This document shows positions 15,001-29,240 of a stretch of 53,133 nucleotides of DNA, piece after piece. The position numbers and the translations under genes are program-made. The notes under the pieces are model-generated. The model ran no database searches, had not been told where the DNA came from, and saw only the letters and a list, made by a program, of their open reading frames with translations. Origin of the DNA: Callorhinchus milii (taxonomy: Eukaryota); contig NW_024705340.1 of the NCBI RefSeq assembly GCF_018977255.1, forward strand, positions 1 through 53,133. Direction: 5' to 3'. Positions within the stretch are counted from its first letter, which is position 1. Each line of letters starts with the position of its first letter.

Positions 15001-18000
15001 GAGGTAACTCGAAGGTGCCTATACAAAACTAGGTCTAGGCTCATAGCAGGACCCCACGTTCCGTGTCTTTAGATGTTGTATCTATTTGTTTAGACCGTCC
15101 GAATTGAGAGGCAACAAGATGAATTATATCGGCCGACATAAAGGCATTCCAAGCTCAGGTTTCGGAGTTCCCCCACGTAAGCATTCCTGAAGGAGGGGGT
15201 ATCCTTGACCAATTATGGCGACCAGACCGGTAGCAGCTTCCATACAATCATAACCCGTCTATAAATAGCGTCGCCTGGCTCCGCCTCGACCTACATTGCA
15301 CCATATTACGCACGCTTGTTTCGAGACAGTGATGAGAATTATAAGCGGCGGGATCCACCGATTCGTTATTACGACCGTGTGCTGACCATTGTCCACAGAG
15401 CTCGCGTATGGAGGCGGTAAACTATCAGTCACATAGCACGCCAACCTACGAGGGGGCGTAGGTACCGGTATCCAGGGGGACCGAGTTCTGGGCCGGGCTA
15501 CTGAGTTGGAATGGATTATGCTTAGATACCCAACGCGCGTATCGTCCTAAAGACTTTTTAAGCATACGGCTCCACAACACCGTCGATAGTACACCACGTG
15601 GATTGCAGCAAGATGCTCGTAAAACAATAGCTCTGAGGGGAGGATGATCGCGCGCTAGTGCTGAGGGAGACGTCGAAGAGTTCCCGTAATTCTACCGACA
15701 CCGTGACGTCGCGGTCGCGCATGTATATAGGTGGTCGAACCGGCCACCATATCAAGTCGCGAGCCCATTTGCCAGACGGTTTACATTGTTCCGTTCCGCT
15801 CAGTGCGGTATTGAGAACCGGTTAACTCTAGGTACTTGAGTCAGAGTGATTTCATCGTGGAAGTCAGTTGCAAAAAAGTTTAATCAATCCTCAGTGCTTA
15901 CCGCCCTATTGTGTCATTCGATAAGACCACTAGAATATGTTTGTCACATTACGGCCGAGTGTTTCGGTCGTAACGGCGAACATAAAGTTAGTACATGCGT
16001 CTGCGTAGACGTCTGAGAATTCCGTGCCACGGCGATAAGAAGGGGCAGCCATCGTTTACTCCTAAATTGGAACATGTGGTAAGTGGGAATACCTACGGTA
16101 TGCTGTGGTCCACATAGTTCTAGATAGACATCAGGGACTATGAACTCCCAGCTACCGCTACTGGTATATAAATTAAACCTGGTAGGGACGATCAGGCCCC
16201 GGGTTCATCTGCCCCAAGGGAGAACGACTATGCCCCATACATAGCCGTGCGCTGGCTAACACAGTACGTGACTTAACATAAATGGAAGTGTGATTTCAAC
16301 CCATGAGGACTAGCGTTCAGCCGCCCTTGTGTAAACCCAAGCTAGCATAGAGTGGTATTTTTAGATCAATCAAAAAGTAAGGCAAGCAGGCCGGAAGAAG
16401 TCATTGCGTCCTACACCGAGATGGATTCATGAAGAACCTTTGATCGTCGCTCACCGTGCAGGTTCTTATTTTGTGCTGTGGTTGTATATCTCAATATTGA
16501 CTGCATAAGCAGGCAAACATGCCAACGGATGGGGGAAGGCAGACACGGCTTCCCCAAGGGCAACTACGGGTAGCACGCTCAGGGCCTCGCCTTGTTCCAG
16601 TGGGAGCACTAGTAGCTTTTTCGTGCCCGAAGAGCCGCCGTTCGGACTGACTGTGAGCCGGGCGCAAGACAGCCAGTCGGTCGCACCCCCCGGTAGGGTA
16701 AAGACCATTGCGTCAGATATTGTGAAATAGTCTGACGACCCGTATCTTGGCCTTAATGGTCCCTCAGACGTTATTTTTGCTAAGCATTGATTATGGTCCA
16801 ACGAAGGCAAGTGAGCTTGGCAGCCTCGGTCATGCAAGAGCATTCTTGAATAGATTACCTTGCTCACGTACTGTTGCCCCAGGGGGGCAATCGAGGGGCC
16901 CCTAGTTATCAACGTCGCTTGCACGATAGCCTCCCAGAACGTTTTAAATTGATTCGTTGTCATTACTACTTGTTACAGGGTCTGAGCTTAAAACACATTT
17001 TCGTTGCGCTAGGAACCTATGTGTGTAGTCCTATCTGACTCTCGGGAATAATCCTCGATAAGATTTTAATCCGTGTTTTTTCGCAGGGCTCATTTCACTG
17101 CAAAGACTGATCAGAAGTTCTGGGACAACAGGTGTCGGAAGGTATGTCCCGACTGTTAGCTGTGCGTTTTCAGAGTTCGCTGCTAGAATCGTCTTTTGGT
17201 GGATCAGGCTTGTCGAAAACCCACTTACTTGCTGTCGAGAGGAGAGGTATGGATCAGACAGTCTTTTCAGGCGGCAAAACTACTCGATATCCGAATCCCT
17301 GACACCTTTTGTGGACCAACTGCACGAGGCTTTCGAGATTTGGGTGGGCCGTATTTCCTGGCACCATTGTCATTGGCCGTGTAGGCCAGCGGGTGTTATT
17401 GAATTGACGCTGCCATGGAGCTCGTACCTCGCGCATCGCGCTCTCGGGGTGTTTTCTTGATCCGGTCAGATCAGGTTCTGGGCTAGTCTTAGATATCGTT
17501 CAATTTCAGAATGTCAGCCTAGGCTGCCTCGTGCAGTGGCGACCTGTATTAACAAGTCGTTTGTGCTTGTTCTCAGAAGGAGGCGTAGAAGTGCAGTCTG
17601 TAAGTATACATTAGTGTAACTGACTAGTAGGGTTAGCTCAACCTTGCTCCCTTAGGTCGATTTAGAACACGCAGTTATCAGTAACTTCCTAAAGCTCCAA
17701 AGGCCCGACGCCAGGAGGACGGAGGACATGACAGGTTTACAGGTTACTTAAAACCAGCGACTCACCTAATTGTATTTTTATATTTAAGATTTCCTCCGAG
17801 AATCTGGGAGATGCTGGAGGGATCACCCTCACTTTTGTTTTAGCGTGTCGTAAGTATCTCTATCCGAATCAAAATGGCTGCAGGTGAGCTCAATGGACGA
17901 TACCTAAGACCACTCGCTATTGATTGCCGCGGTTCTAAATAGAGGCAGGTATGGGCAGTTTCAGGATAAACTTTGCAGAGACGTTGACCCCAAATGATTG

Positions 18001-21000
18001 TCTACTAAAGGCCGTCATTTACTACCTATTCGAGGCTCTTGCGTGAAGGAAGGGCGTTTCGCGAAATAGCTGCAAAAAGGCGACATAGCGACCGGAAAGC
18101 GACTTCGCTCCTATAAGAGCTCATGCCACCACAATAATGTCACTGAGAGCCTCCAGCCTAAGGTTGAAATCTTCACCACGTGTGGTATAGATCGGCCTTA
18201 GACCTTCGCTAAAAATTTGCTAACTTTGTCCTAGCTCTACATCGTAGTGTGTAACTGACTAATGCCATCGGCTTGAATACTGATAGGTACATCTCGATTA
18301 TCCCGGAGCGAGTCCCGGTCGTGTTCAGGGAAGTTAATCCCGACCTGCCATTTCGTTGCATATCTAGGCGAGTACTGTAAAGTCGGGGTCGGACTTGCGT
18401 ACATCGCCCGTGTAACTATCCCAAATTTGTCATGTCCAGCATTCTGATGCCCCCGAATACCTCTCTTTAGGGAGAAGGTCTTAGCGTAACGAAGCACCCG
18501 GATGGCCTTTGCTCAAGTAGCAGCGTGCGCATTAAACATTCATTCATAATCGAGTGCTCTCACACATAGGAGCAAAAAATTTTCTTGTATATATAGTCTG
18601 CAAAGTGCCTGACCGAATTACTAAAGACACGGCCAGGGGAGTAAGGCGCAATACACCAGGATTTCTACTCGTTCGCAACGAGTAGTGTTTCCACTGAGAC
18701 GATATGCTTGAGAACGTATTTGTTTCATTGTGACGCAGGGGGCGCACGCGTAAGCCTCCATGGCGGTTGTATAGATAGTGTTATGGGGCGCGAATGACAC
18801 TAGCAGCTAATGCCGATCCTATGGGCTCATATGCGGTTAGCGCAAACGGTAGCTGCAACATTATGGGTTGAGTATCAAGCCCCAAGGCAGATCGCCAAGC
18901 ACCAAGTGGACACGGCGGACGCGCCTTAGAGAAGCTTTATCTTCGGGTCACTACGATCCTGTGTGCGAATAAGGGAGTAGTGCTGTAGCATCTGGGCAGC
19001 TGTGTGACACTTGAGAGGAAGACTAGTGATTCATCCAACTACCATTGGATTCTAGGGGAGCGTACATCAGGCGACGATTCCCCAGTCGTGTGGAGCTAGC
19101 GTTGTAGCAAGCTCCTTAATCCTAGTCATGGCCGTCTTTATAACCTCATTGAACATGTGGCACCTCCTACTGAGATGTACGAAGCAAGTAAGCACCGCCT
19201 CGCCGGTCTTTCCTCAGCATTCGTACTAATCTCCCCGCCGAGAACTCAGTCCTAGTGCGCATAAAAATGGCCCGCCAGTGAGGCATAACATCCGCACTAA
19301 GTTCTCAGAACTGTCAATGTATGAATAATCATGTGTCTATCTCGCCCTAGGGCCCCTTCGATGTCTTCCCGATTGACAACCACCAGAGCGTGCAGCCAAG
19401 CTCCAACCCTGGTGGCAGCGTTCTGGCGGTGAGTCATCTAGAGACGCAGCCCGCATACGGGGGATTCGGGCTGCATGTAGTTGGGATTCGAAGGTCTAGA
19501 GGACCCCCCTGAGACCACAATAAACTACGTAAAGCCCAACATTATCGCTAAGCTACCATCCGGATAGGCGCAATGCTGCGTCGGAGAATCGCCTTAGAAT
19601 GTGAACGCGTCAAGTCTCGCATATCTGCACCCCCTAGCACACACTCCTAGTGGGATGTCGTATACCTCGCTCGTAAATTGTTCTGTGTACAGTAAGCTTC
19701 GCATGCAGGCCTGCTGGCGGATATGCTAGTAATAATTTGCTAGGTCGCTCATTAAGTCTTGCCGGCCAGTCTTGCATGCTTCCGGACAGCAACCGGCGCA
19801 CCATACATAGTTGTGTACTTCCTTACCTGTTCTTATAGATTCTAGCAAATCCCCGGGCGGAGGGCGATGTCCCGGCGACGTAGCTTGCGCCTCAGGTGGC
19901 ATTTCAAGGAGACTAAACGGGTACCTTTGTGTGCTATCCACAGACAAGTTAAGATTCATAGCTCACCGATCGCCTTCTCCCTCCACTTCATATTCGGGAC
20001 ACGGTCAGCTTACGTTTGCAGACGATTTCCTACAGGGCTGGAACGCTACGAACAACACATAAATTAATAGTGCTGAGTTGCGTTGCTGAAACCGCGGAGG
20101 ACTGGAGTATCGTAGGGGGCCAGGAACGAAACCGGCTCAGTTCTGAGAAAATTCTTAACACTATAAGTCAAGATGTATCCCTCGTGGCTCGAGTCCTCTC
20201 CATCCGTATAACTGTATGCTTCATGCCGCAGCAAATTCTGCGATTAACGAGAGTTCGTTAGTTTATGACACCTGTTATAAGCGACAGACGAAAGACCCAG
20301 ACGTACGCTTATTAGAGAGATCTTCCGGAGCCTATACTCAGGAATCTGTATAGAGTGCTGCCCAAACTAAGGACACTGGTAAGGTGATAAAAGCACGTAC
20401 CCCGAATAAGAAAGGAATCTATCGCCGCTGAATAATTATCTTTGATTGTGGCCATCATCGACTGAATGGTTTTTTGCAATTGCTCCAAGGGGGGAGAAAT
20501 AGAGGCTCACATTGGTTTATTTAAGGCGGCTGCTTATCCGGTGAGGACTAGAAGAGTACCTATGACGCTCCATTCGGGGTTATGACTCCAGATTTAGCCT
20601 CGAGACGTGTGAACCGGCAGGCAGCGTAGGGAGTTAAATGGACGCCTACAACTATACGTGTTCAGTTACAATTCCCCGCATTGTGTGGTCCTGCGTCTAG
20701 AGCTTCGAAAGTCACGTTAGCACCGATATGGTAATTACCTCCCGAGATGCTAACCCCAAGCACATAGAATTGGAAGAGATAAACGTCGAGCCATTTTTCT
20801 TGCGCTCAACAATCACACAACGACCGAACGATTAACCCATAGGGTCTGTGGTAGGACGCCATAAACTATGTGCGTGCCAACTGTCGTTATGGGCACGGAA
20901 GCTAAAGGAGATAATTAGACATGTGGATCACCACGTGTATGCAGGCATCCGAATAATGTCTGACAGCCAGTTCTAGCAGATTTTGTGCGTGCCACGAGTT

Positions 21001-24000
21001 GAGACCAGGAGAATATCAAAGTTGAACTAAGTACCATATGATCCTGGCGATCCTAACCGGGAGCACCGCACAGACCCATGCAGCCTGATTATATTGTTCG
21101 ATCGTGAATGTAGCGCGACTGGCGAATTTCGAGATATACAGGACGTGCCCGACTTAACTATCGACAATAATCGTTCAATTCGACGGAGGAAAGTACTTTA
21201 TTTTGGAACAACACAAGTTGGACCTGTCCCTAGAATGAATCTGCATCCTTACATCAAGGCGGTCGGAGCTGCCCGGCCGGCCTGCGGTAAGGGCCGAGAA
21301 GATTGGGTAAACACCGGGTGTGGTATGCGTTACGTAATTAAGAATCGAGACTCCCACTCCACGCCGTCCAAATCTTATACATCCCGATACGTACAGTGGC
21401 TTTACTTACGAAAATGAGTTGGGCTAGCGGCAAGATGCCACTATATGAATGTGGACGAATGTGCCAAACGTCTGTGGTTCCGAATAAACAATAGCGCGAC
21501 CAGACGCAGATGTCATTTTTATGGGCACGTTCAACACCTCAAGTAATTATGATATCGGTTCCACAGCTTATCTTTAATGTGGAAATCTCGACATATGTGG
21601 TGCACTCAGTTTGCACCCAGGTTTGGTCTTTCATCAGACTTCAACGCCGAGCTCACAAGAGGGAGCCTTCAGCTCTGGATGGGGGGCCAGGTCGGGGCGT
21701 TGGAAGATCAGTATTTAATACACACGCTCTCGCGTAACTAAGGGAAGGGGAGATTATATCCTCGGGTCCCCGTAGTCAATGCTCCGCGAACCAAAGAATC
21801 TCACCAGATCCTTCTCAGGGGCGGGCGAACGAGTCTCAACCGAATAGAATAGTTTGTAAATACGGCAAATTACGCACCCATTGTTTACGATAGGCTGAGT
21901 GCTCTAGCGATCCAGGAGATATGACCGGCTCTAGAGAACATGCCCTGCATCTAGGCTCCTCGAAAATGAGAACTTAGACCTAGTCAGGTGAGGGGTGTCA
22001 GATCTGACGATGAAAACACACGCTAAAAGAAACCTCTTGTACAAGTAACCGTCACACTGGCTATCGCTACGCGCACCACGCTTAATCTTACCATCGTTTT
22101 AAGTAGGCGTAAAACAGTCTTTTATACAGGTCTATGAATAAGGTATAGGCGTGCGAAAAGGCAGATCACGATTAACGCAGGAAAGTATTGTTATAGTTAC
22201 AAGCGAGGAGAGACAATGTTCCAACAAGTGGCCTGACGACGTGCTCTCTCGCATAGATATTTTTTCCGGTATCCAGCCAGGTTAATGCAGGCGCTGCAGA
22301 AGATGATGACGCACAGTCTCACCGGACATCAGGAAACGCACAGCTGACCCGGTAGATATCGTACGACCGTATTGCGATGACGGCTCCAAACATGACCGAA
22401 GAAAGGTTTCACCTGGTGAATTATCTCGTGGCACAGAGGCAGCTGGCTAATGGGTGGCTTGCCAGAATAGTATATTCCAATCGGAGGTGTCAGGACTAGG
22501 TGGTACACCTGATACAGCGTTCGCCCCCTCGACTGTGTTACCCAACCACTAAACCTACGAAGATTGTTGATACCTAGACTCGGTGTTAAGGGGGCTAGGC
22601 CTTTTTCACATCTAGAACGAGGCGAGATACTCTAGGAAGATCTTAGTTTTGCGACCCTAGGTCAGAGACCGCGTCGGGATACGCCCTTTCTATTATAGAT
22701 TAACAATCACAGTCAAATCAGCCCTGCTCCATGCAGGCCCAGGGTTAGGAAAATGCCATATAGCATCTTTATACCTGGATAACCAACAAACGTAGGTTAC
22801 GGGACTGCTCGTGGAAGTAACCAAACACAGCTGACCGTGAAGTTGCACGCTATGAGCCGAAGCTCTGTTTTTCGCTTAGGTCCTGACAGACAATGCCCGC
22901 TCCGAAGATTGGAAGATACTCCGACAAGTAACTGCTGCGTACGTGTCTGGTCTCCACCTTGGCGGTGCATTAAAAAACACTGGCTATGCGATAGCGCAAA
23001 CAATCGAAGCCTTGACGCAGCCTCAGTATCCATGCCGCCAGCAGACTTAAAGGTTCGTTAATTCGAGGACTAAGTGGGCGCACTTCCCCATCTGCCGGTA
23101 GCCAATAAGTGTCCCACTACGAAGGCTCATAATTTAGTATTGTACGCGGTAAGAGTCACAAAGAGTGTTGGCTGTCATTTGACAGAAATGAGGACTGAGG
23201 GGTTCCTTTGGTACGGCCAAGCCCGGTAATTCATCCTGTTACGCGTCCTAGCTGAACAGGGAGGATACTTTAGGTGGCTTCGGTAACGCCAGGATGCGTA
23301 TTATGTCACTACTCGGAGAGTAGGATCTTTCCGCTCCACCACACGGATGGGGTACCCATGCAATGTGTGATAGTAACAGTGGTGCCGCTCTGCACCTATA
23401 TGTTCACCTATATGTATAGTTCCATAGCAGTATTGCATACGAGGCAAGTCTTCCGACGGTAAGCCGAAGTGCGGTAGAGCTTAAACACCTCACTTCCAAA
23501 TTCGAAATACGCCCTGCATTCAAGCGTACAGTCAAATCGATGAGACGACAGCCGCGCATCGCTCTTGCCGCAGGTTGCCAAGCTGTTCTCATTGCTAGAC
23601 CCCCCACCCATAAATGTTTGTAACACATCTAGATCGCGGGCGTCATAAACTCATAGTTAATAGACTACATCCGTCGTGAGGATTTAATTGCAGTTGCTAC
23701 AACACTACAACTTGCTTGCCACAGAGGTTGGGGAAAACAGGAACCCCAATCATGAAGCGAGTCATCTGACTTTTCATTGGGCTGTCTCCGACACTTGTGA
23801 CTTACTGACCTTAGCCAGTGCGATCTTAGCGATGTAAGGATGATTCTACAACCTGCATCGACAAGAGCATCGGTCTCCGGCTAGTTGTTTGCTATACTGA
23901 CACGCATGACCAGCTCAACTCACTCGTTCCATTCTACGTCCAGTAAGTGCTATCTCTCCACATAAATTCGGTTCTGAACGTGCTCGGATAGGACAAGTAT

Positions 24001-27000
24001 ACCAATGCGCAAAGTCGTGTGCTCGGAGTAATAAAGACGTGCATCGTTCCCTCCTGGTTGCGTTATTATCAACTCATGATAGACCGGGTTGTTTTGTCTA
24101 TTTGATCCGTGTGAGCCATTCGATAACCCTCCATAGGTGAGGAAATAGGCCAGCGTTGGACACTTCGCTCGCGGCGGCTAGCTCTGTTCGCAGAGTCATG
24201 CTCCGGTCATTCATAAAATCGGATGTGTTCCGCGAAAGTCTGTCGGCGGGAAGATTTGACAATTGCTCGGAAGCCAAGACAAACTTGTTAAAACGGCGTG
24301 TAGGCACCGGCGGTCGATACATTTGGTGAGATGTCAAGATCTGTTAGGGTGTTTTGCTTCATTCTGGTGGCCAAATCCGCGTTCAGTCATTCTTCCTCGA
24401 TAGCGTCGACACCTAATGGTCCATGTCAGCTTTACGGCCACCAGTGTTTATCATATTGGGGCCCCTGGACTTGTTTCACAGGGGGCTCTAACTTTCGCGT
24501 GTTGTACTTTACGAGCACGCGCGTTGGTGGATCTTGCGCGTCAACAGGAGTTATGGCCGCAATCATTACAAGCGGTGTCTGATCGATCAGTTCATTTACA
24601 CCGTCCCCTATTATCAGTACGACTGGTCGAGGTGGGGGTCTCCATCCCATGGAAGACCTAATTTTACGATTTCGAGGAGTCTATTGATTCTGAACTAGCA
24701 TCGGATGTCCCGATGAGAGGAGGGCCCGAATCGATAAAGTGATACGTGCAGCCCATTAGGGATCGCTTCTCGTATCGAACTATTCCGGTAATTCGCAAAA
24801 AAAAACAGCCTGGCGGGAGAATGTCTCTATCATTTTACTTAAATTTCCCTCAAAAGGGCCCGAAGGGCCATTGTCCGCTTCGTGTTTGGGAACATGTCCG
24901 GGAGCCACGCTCTGCAGCGTCGGTCACTTTGGTTTAAAAACATGCCACATTACCTGTGCTAACACTGCAGCTAATACGTGGTTAAACAGATGTCTGAGTC
25001 GAAGCCCGTGGACTTCCATGAAGTTGCATGATCGACGTTGCATGTCGGGGAGATGCTCTCTTGGCGTCGCAGGCCGGTCCAAGTGTACAGGTTAACTGGC
25101 AATAGCCGCCACCACCAGGCTCAAATAGTGCGTTCCTGGATTGAGTGATCCCACGGGCTGTACGAATTCCGCATGAAGGTTCGAAGCAAAATAGCTCTGA
25201 AGACGCCGGATGCACGCGGCTCTCCCTTGACACTCTTAGTGGGGAACAACGTTTACTGGGCGCTTAGTGATCTATAGTGTACAAAAGGAAGAGCTCGCCA
25301 CGAAAGCTAACCTCCGCTATATACCCCAACCCTTGTATTGGGTGAACGGGCATTCGCGGATCAGGGCTATACCCCTCGACCAGCTAATTGTGATGGCTAA
25401 TCGCGTGAACCCGCATGACAAAAACGCTTCTCGGGCGCTCTGGATTAATACAAGTAACTGAGAAACGCCTAAAGCGAAGTTTGCCCGGTATTCCTTTTGG
25501 TTCCGCCCGTCCGGAACAGACATTGGACATCGGAGGGGAGGTAGGCAAACCACCCGTTTGCTGAAGGTATACACGTTGAAATTAATCACATCTTAACATG
25601 GCGTTACGAGGTTACTGAGGGGACTGTGTCGTAATGCGATCGTGATCGTAGTTCTGCCCCGCCACCAACCCAGTTGTTCCGAAGTACAAAACGACTCTCT
25701 GAAATATAGCCCTAACTACAGAGCCACATGAGAAGAGGCAGTATGCAATCGGGACACGCGAAGAACCAGGGTCAAATCAGGTGCTGGCGTTTTTAACGCG
25801 AAATACATCGAACTCCTGCCGGCTAGAGTGAGCGTCCTGTAAGGTGAGGTTAGTTTCTGAATGTAAATCGCCGGAAGAAGACCTCAGTTCACCGCGTGGA
25901 TAGTTGGGGAAATTGCATCCAACAGACCAATCAACAGATAGGTGGCTGGCGCTAAGCTCACGGGGAGCCGGTGATTGTTCCGTGGTTTACCCTAGCATGG
26001 CGTGCTAATTGGGATAGACTTTGTCTTACGCATCTTACCCGCGGGGAGCCAATCTCGATAATGCAAAGAGAGAGGGAACCTAGGGGGGCCACCGCTGCGG
26101 CTTTCTTAAGATGCATACTGGCATGAATGTGGTACACTCTTCAGCAATCCGCGCAGCCTGGGGTGCGCGAGACTTCGCATTTCACACGTCAACACCCTGT
26201 CATAACATTATCGGAGAGCTTTAACAGATTGAATAGACTGTGATGACAGTGGTCGCTGCTACATTTTACCCAGTGAACAAGGTGTCACGCGTAATCCATG
26301 ACCGGATTTAGTTACACAACCCAAGGACCTTTCCGGGTCATCTGTCATGCGATCAGGCGCTGTTGCTTTATGCTCTACGACTCCCACCACCCGAACCCTA
26401 TAAAACTCATCCCGCAGCCAGCCGGAACGAGAACGAGATCCTAAATGTCTTTAATGCGGATGTACTGTGCAAGCAGGTTCGGGTAAAGGGACCTTGAGTA
26501 TCTGGGGAACGGATAAAGCGTTGGATCGCGCGGTACAGATCCACGATGAAATTCAACCTCACCACCGTCTACAGCGTAAGTTATCATCGATACAATCTGA
26601 ATTCATCAAAAATCGCGGGCACCGAGTGCAATAGTCTCAAGGGATAATATGCCTGAGGATTGATACTATCGTCGCTAGGGCGGTATTGCTTCGAGGGTGT
26701 TCAATACAAGCGTACGGGGGATTAAGCCGTTTTGTGGCGCTACTCCGAGGTACAAAATAGAGCGCGGGTAATGATCCATACTTGGCGTTCCAAAAAAACT
26801 TGCTAATCGACTATAGGCGGCGTCTGGCTAGGGCAGTACGCCCTAGAACAACTGTTAGGAGGGTATGGCCCGTAGGGAGGCATGGGTAATATTAAAAAAA
26901 GCTTATGTATAGCCCTGAGACGCAAATTACCCCGGGGCCAAAATGCAAATGGCGTCTCCCAGCGCCCCGCCCAATCGAAATTGGATCGGCGCCTCGACCG

Positions 27001-28568
27001 ATTTGGGCCAGATTATCTTGTGGTGGCAGTCACGAACTGCCGTAGAAACAATCCTTATTAGCACTTCACAAAATAATGGCAGACGGCCGCGAATAGTAAT
27101 ACTGGTTTTCAATCAAGGTAACGCGAGCGGGTGCACTCGAAGGATGATGAGAATTGGCGGTCCCCTGTAGACGTTAGAGTTCTTGGATGCGATCGTTAGT
27201 TTTGCCCATAACGGCTCCATTTACTGTAGCGAGGGGTGATTCCGACCCCTTAGGGAACACCATTGAGGATTTGATCAGTAAGTCGCTTCATATTCATATA
27301 TTTAGGTATGTCAAACCGATAGAAGCGAAATGCCGGGTTGGTCGATACCAGCTCACCTCCAAAATGTGGCTATTTCCCTCCGGTCGCTCTATTGCTCTGG
27401 AGCCGCCGACGCAGACAGGTGGAGCTTTACACCTCCAAAGAGCGAAATACGATTTCTGCGTTCCAATCAACGTGAGGAATAGTCTGACAGGGCTATATAG
27501 TATGTGCAGCCCCACAGGTAGATACACACTATAGAATTATGCCGGAGGTCCAAAATCGGGATCTCCGTCCTGTGCCCAACAACCTTCCTAATTACGCTGA
27601 TACAGCGTAACGATAACTAGTTGCATTCGCAACCGAGTTCAGGCACAATGTCAAGCGCTTATGCCCGCGATCCACATGTTAATTGTACGGGAAACACATG
27701 TAAAGGACTGGCCGCAATTAAAATACTGCATGTATGCGGTTATGAGGCTAGTTTTTTGAGAACAATCAGTGAGCGAACAGCGACGGGACATCGGATCTAC
27801 ACCTTTGTCTGGGTACGGGTTTATCTCACATACTTTTAAACATCTCGGACATATCTGGCGAGAGGTAAAGGCTTTGCTCAATGGTGTTAAAGTCGCTCGC
27901 ATCCGATGATTGGCAATGGTGAGCGCCGCGGGTATTCCGTAAATGTTTCCGTCCGGATACCATTTGTCGCCTGAAGGAGGATTGACGGACGAGTAGATTC
28001 ATGGTACGGGTTGCTGAGAGTTTTGACGGGATTTGACGGTAAGACTCCTAAGTGCGAGCAAAACTATGTGTATTCGAACAGACACACGGGAATTGTTGAG
28101 TGGCGATTATCACGGGGACATAACTATCGAGTGTTATTCCGACAGCTCTGCTGACCAGGAATCGTATCACAGCGGGAATGAAGTCCGAGGTTAAGGCGGA
28201 CGTGTGTATATTCGTGACAAGCGGGCCAAACTACTTGGGCAGCGCAGTAGCAGCCCTGTCTAATAAGGGCGCAGCTCTCTAACTCTGACGCAGGTTCTTG
28301 AAGAGCGATGCCGTCCAAAGTACTCCCTTAAATGTTAGCTAGCGATCCCTCTAGTGTACCGAAGCGTCGTCCTATCGAAATTCATGTTCTGCAACTTTGA
28401 GTCCCGTTGGGAGCTTGCGGAACAACAGCTTACTCGTTCCATCGGCGCAGATTGGTCGTTTTTGCAGGGAGGCGAACGCCAAAAGGCACACAACTCAAAG
28501 ACAATGCACCATCAGAGTATGAGAGCTCGGGGTAAGCATTTACACCATTGGAACCTCATTTGCCAGTA
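1..28568. other. Featureless, random-like sequence (probably synthetic or shuffled, not genomic)
   Basis: By eye: roughly equal base usage, abundant CpG and CTAG, no microsatellites, long homopolymers or dispersed repeats. All ORFs are <=165 aa with no recognisable motifs. The change to AT-rich repeat-laden DNA at ~28569 is abrupt and falls inside a repeat copy. Confidence 0.8.
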
Positions 28569-28660
28569 AGTTTTGTTGCCAGATAGAAGGGTAAACACCA
28601 ATTATCATTATTTAAATTCTAGATAATTATTTTTAAAAAAACCACCCAATACGTATTTTT

Positions 28661-28729
28661 GTATGTTGAACTTGTTTTGCAATACGTAGCCACCCGTGTT
28701 AATTGGAGGTGCGGGGAAGGACAACAAAC
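28661..28729 (-). mobile_element. LINE 3'-end copy
   Basis: Reverse complement of the 33567-33640 motif. Confidence 0.65.
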
Positions 28730-28949
28730 TAAACAGATCGTGCCATTGTATTACATAAAATAGCAGATTACTTTTTGTACTCCGAGTACATGGTTGTGAG
28801 AAGGTGTCAACGTGACACTCGTTTTCTTATTTCCCATGGCAGAGCAATGGGTTCTCTACTCATAATCGTCAAAGTGAATCCCCTCTTGTGTAAGATGTCA
28901 TGGGTCGGTGGGCAAAATTTCCTCGTAACTGCACTCGCCCAATCTTGAC

Positions 28950-29240
28950 TTGAAGCTTTCGTGACTGCAGGAATCCAAACTCTTTGGTTCTTTCGGTAAA
29001 GTCACGTAGGTAGAAATAAAATAGATCACGACGTTTCGATCGCAACACAAGCAATCGTCGTCAGGTGGACAACTACAGCAAGAAAAAACTGCTGAAGTAG
29101 GCGAGAGAGCTGCCGTGGCACGAGGTTATATAGACTATATAGGTAGGGTACATGGGTTGGGCTAGAGATTGGGAGGGGCAGAGTAAGATATGCGGTGGCG
29201 ACGGAGAGCTATGGGGAGAGAGAGGTGAAAAATGTTGATT
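28950..29240 (-). mobile_element. Penelope pseudo-LTR fragment (family A)
   Basis: TCTTTGGTTCTTTCGGTAAAGTCACGTAG...ACGACGTTTCG..CGCAACACAAGC is shared with 50535-50626, followed by a similar purine-rich tract. Right boundary approximate. Confidence 0.75.
29027..29067 (-). ncRNA. Minimal type-I hammerhead ribozyme motif in a solo Penelope pLTR fragment
   Basis: Minus strand reads CAC-CUGACGA-C-GAUUGC-UUGUGUU-GCGAUC-GAAA-CGUC-GUG, with a fully paired stem II. Confidence 0.8.

Noticed and set aside
195..28569. Dozens of 60-165 aa ORFs in the left half
   Set aside because: Lengths and composition are as expected for random sequence; many use GTG/TTG starts; no domains or operon-like packing.
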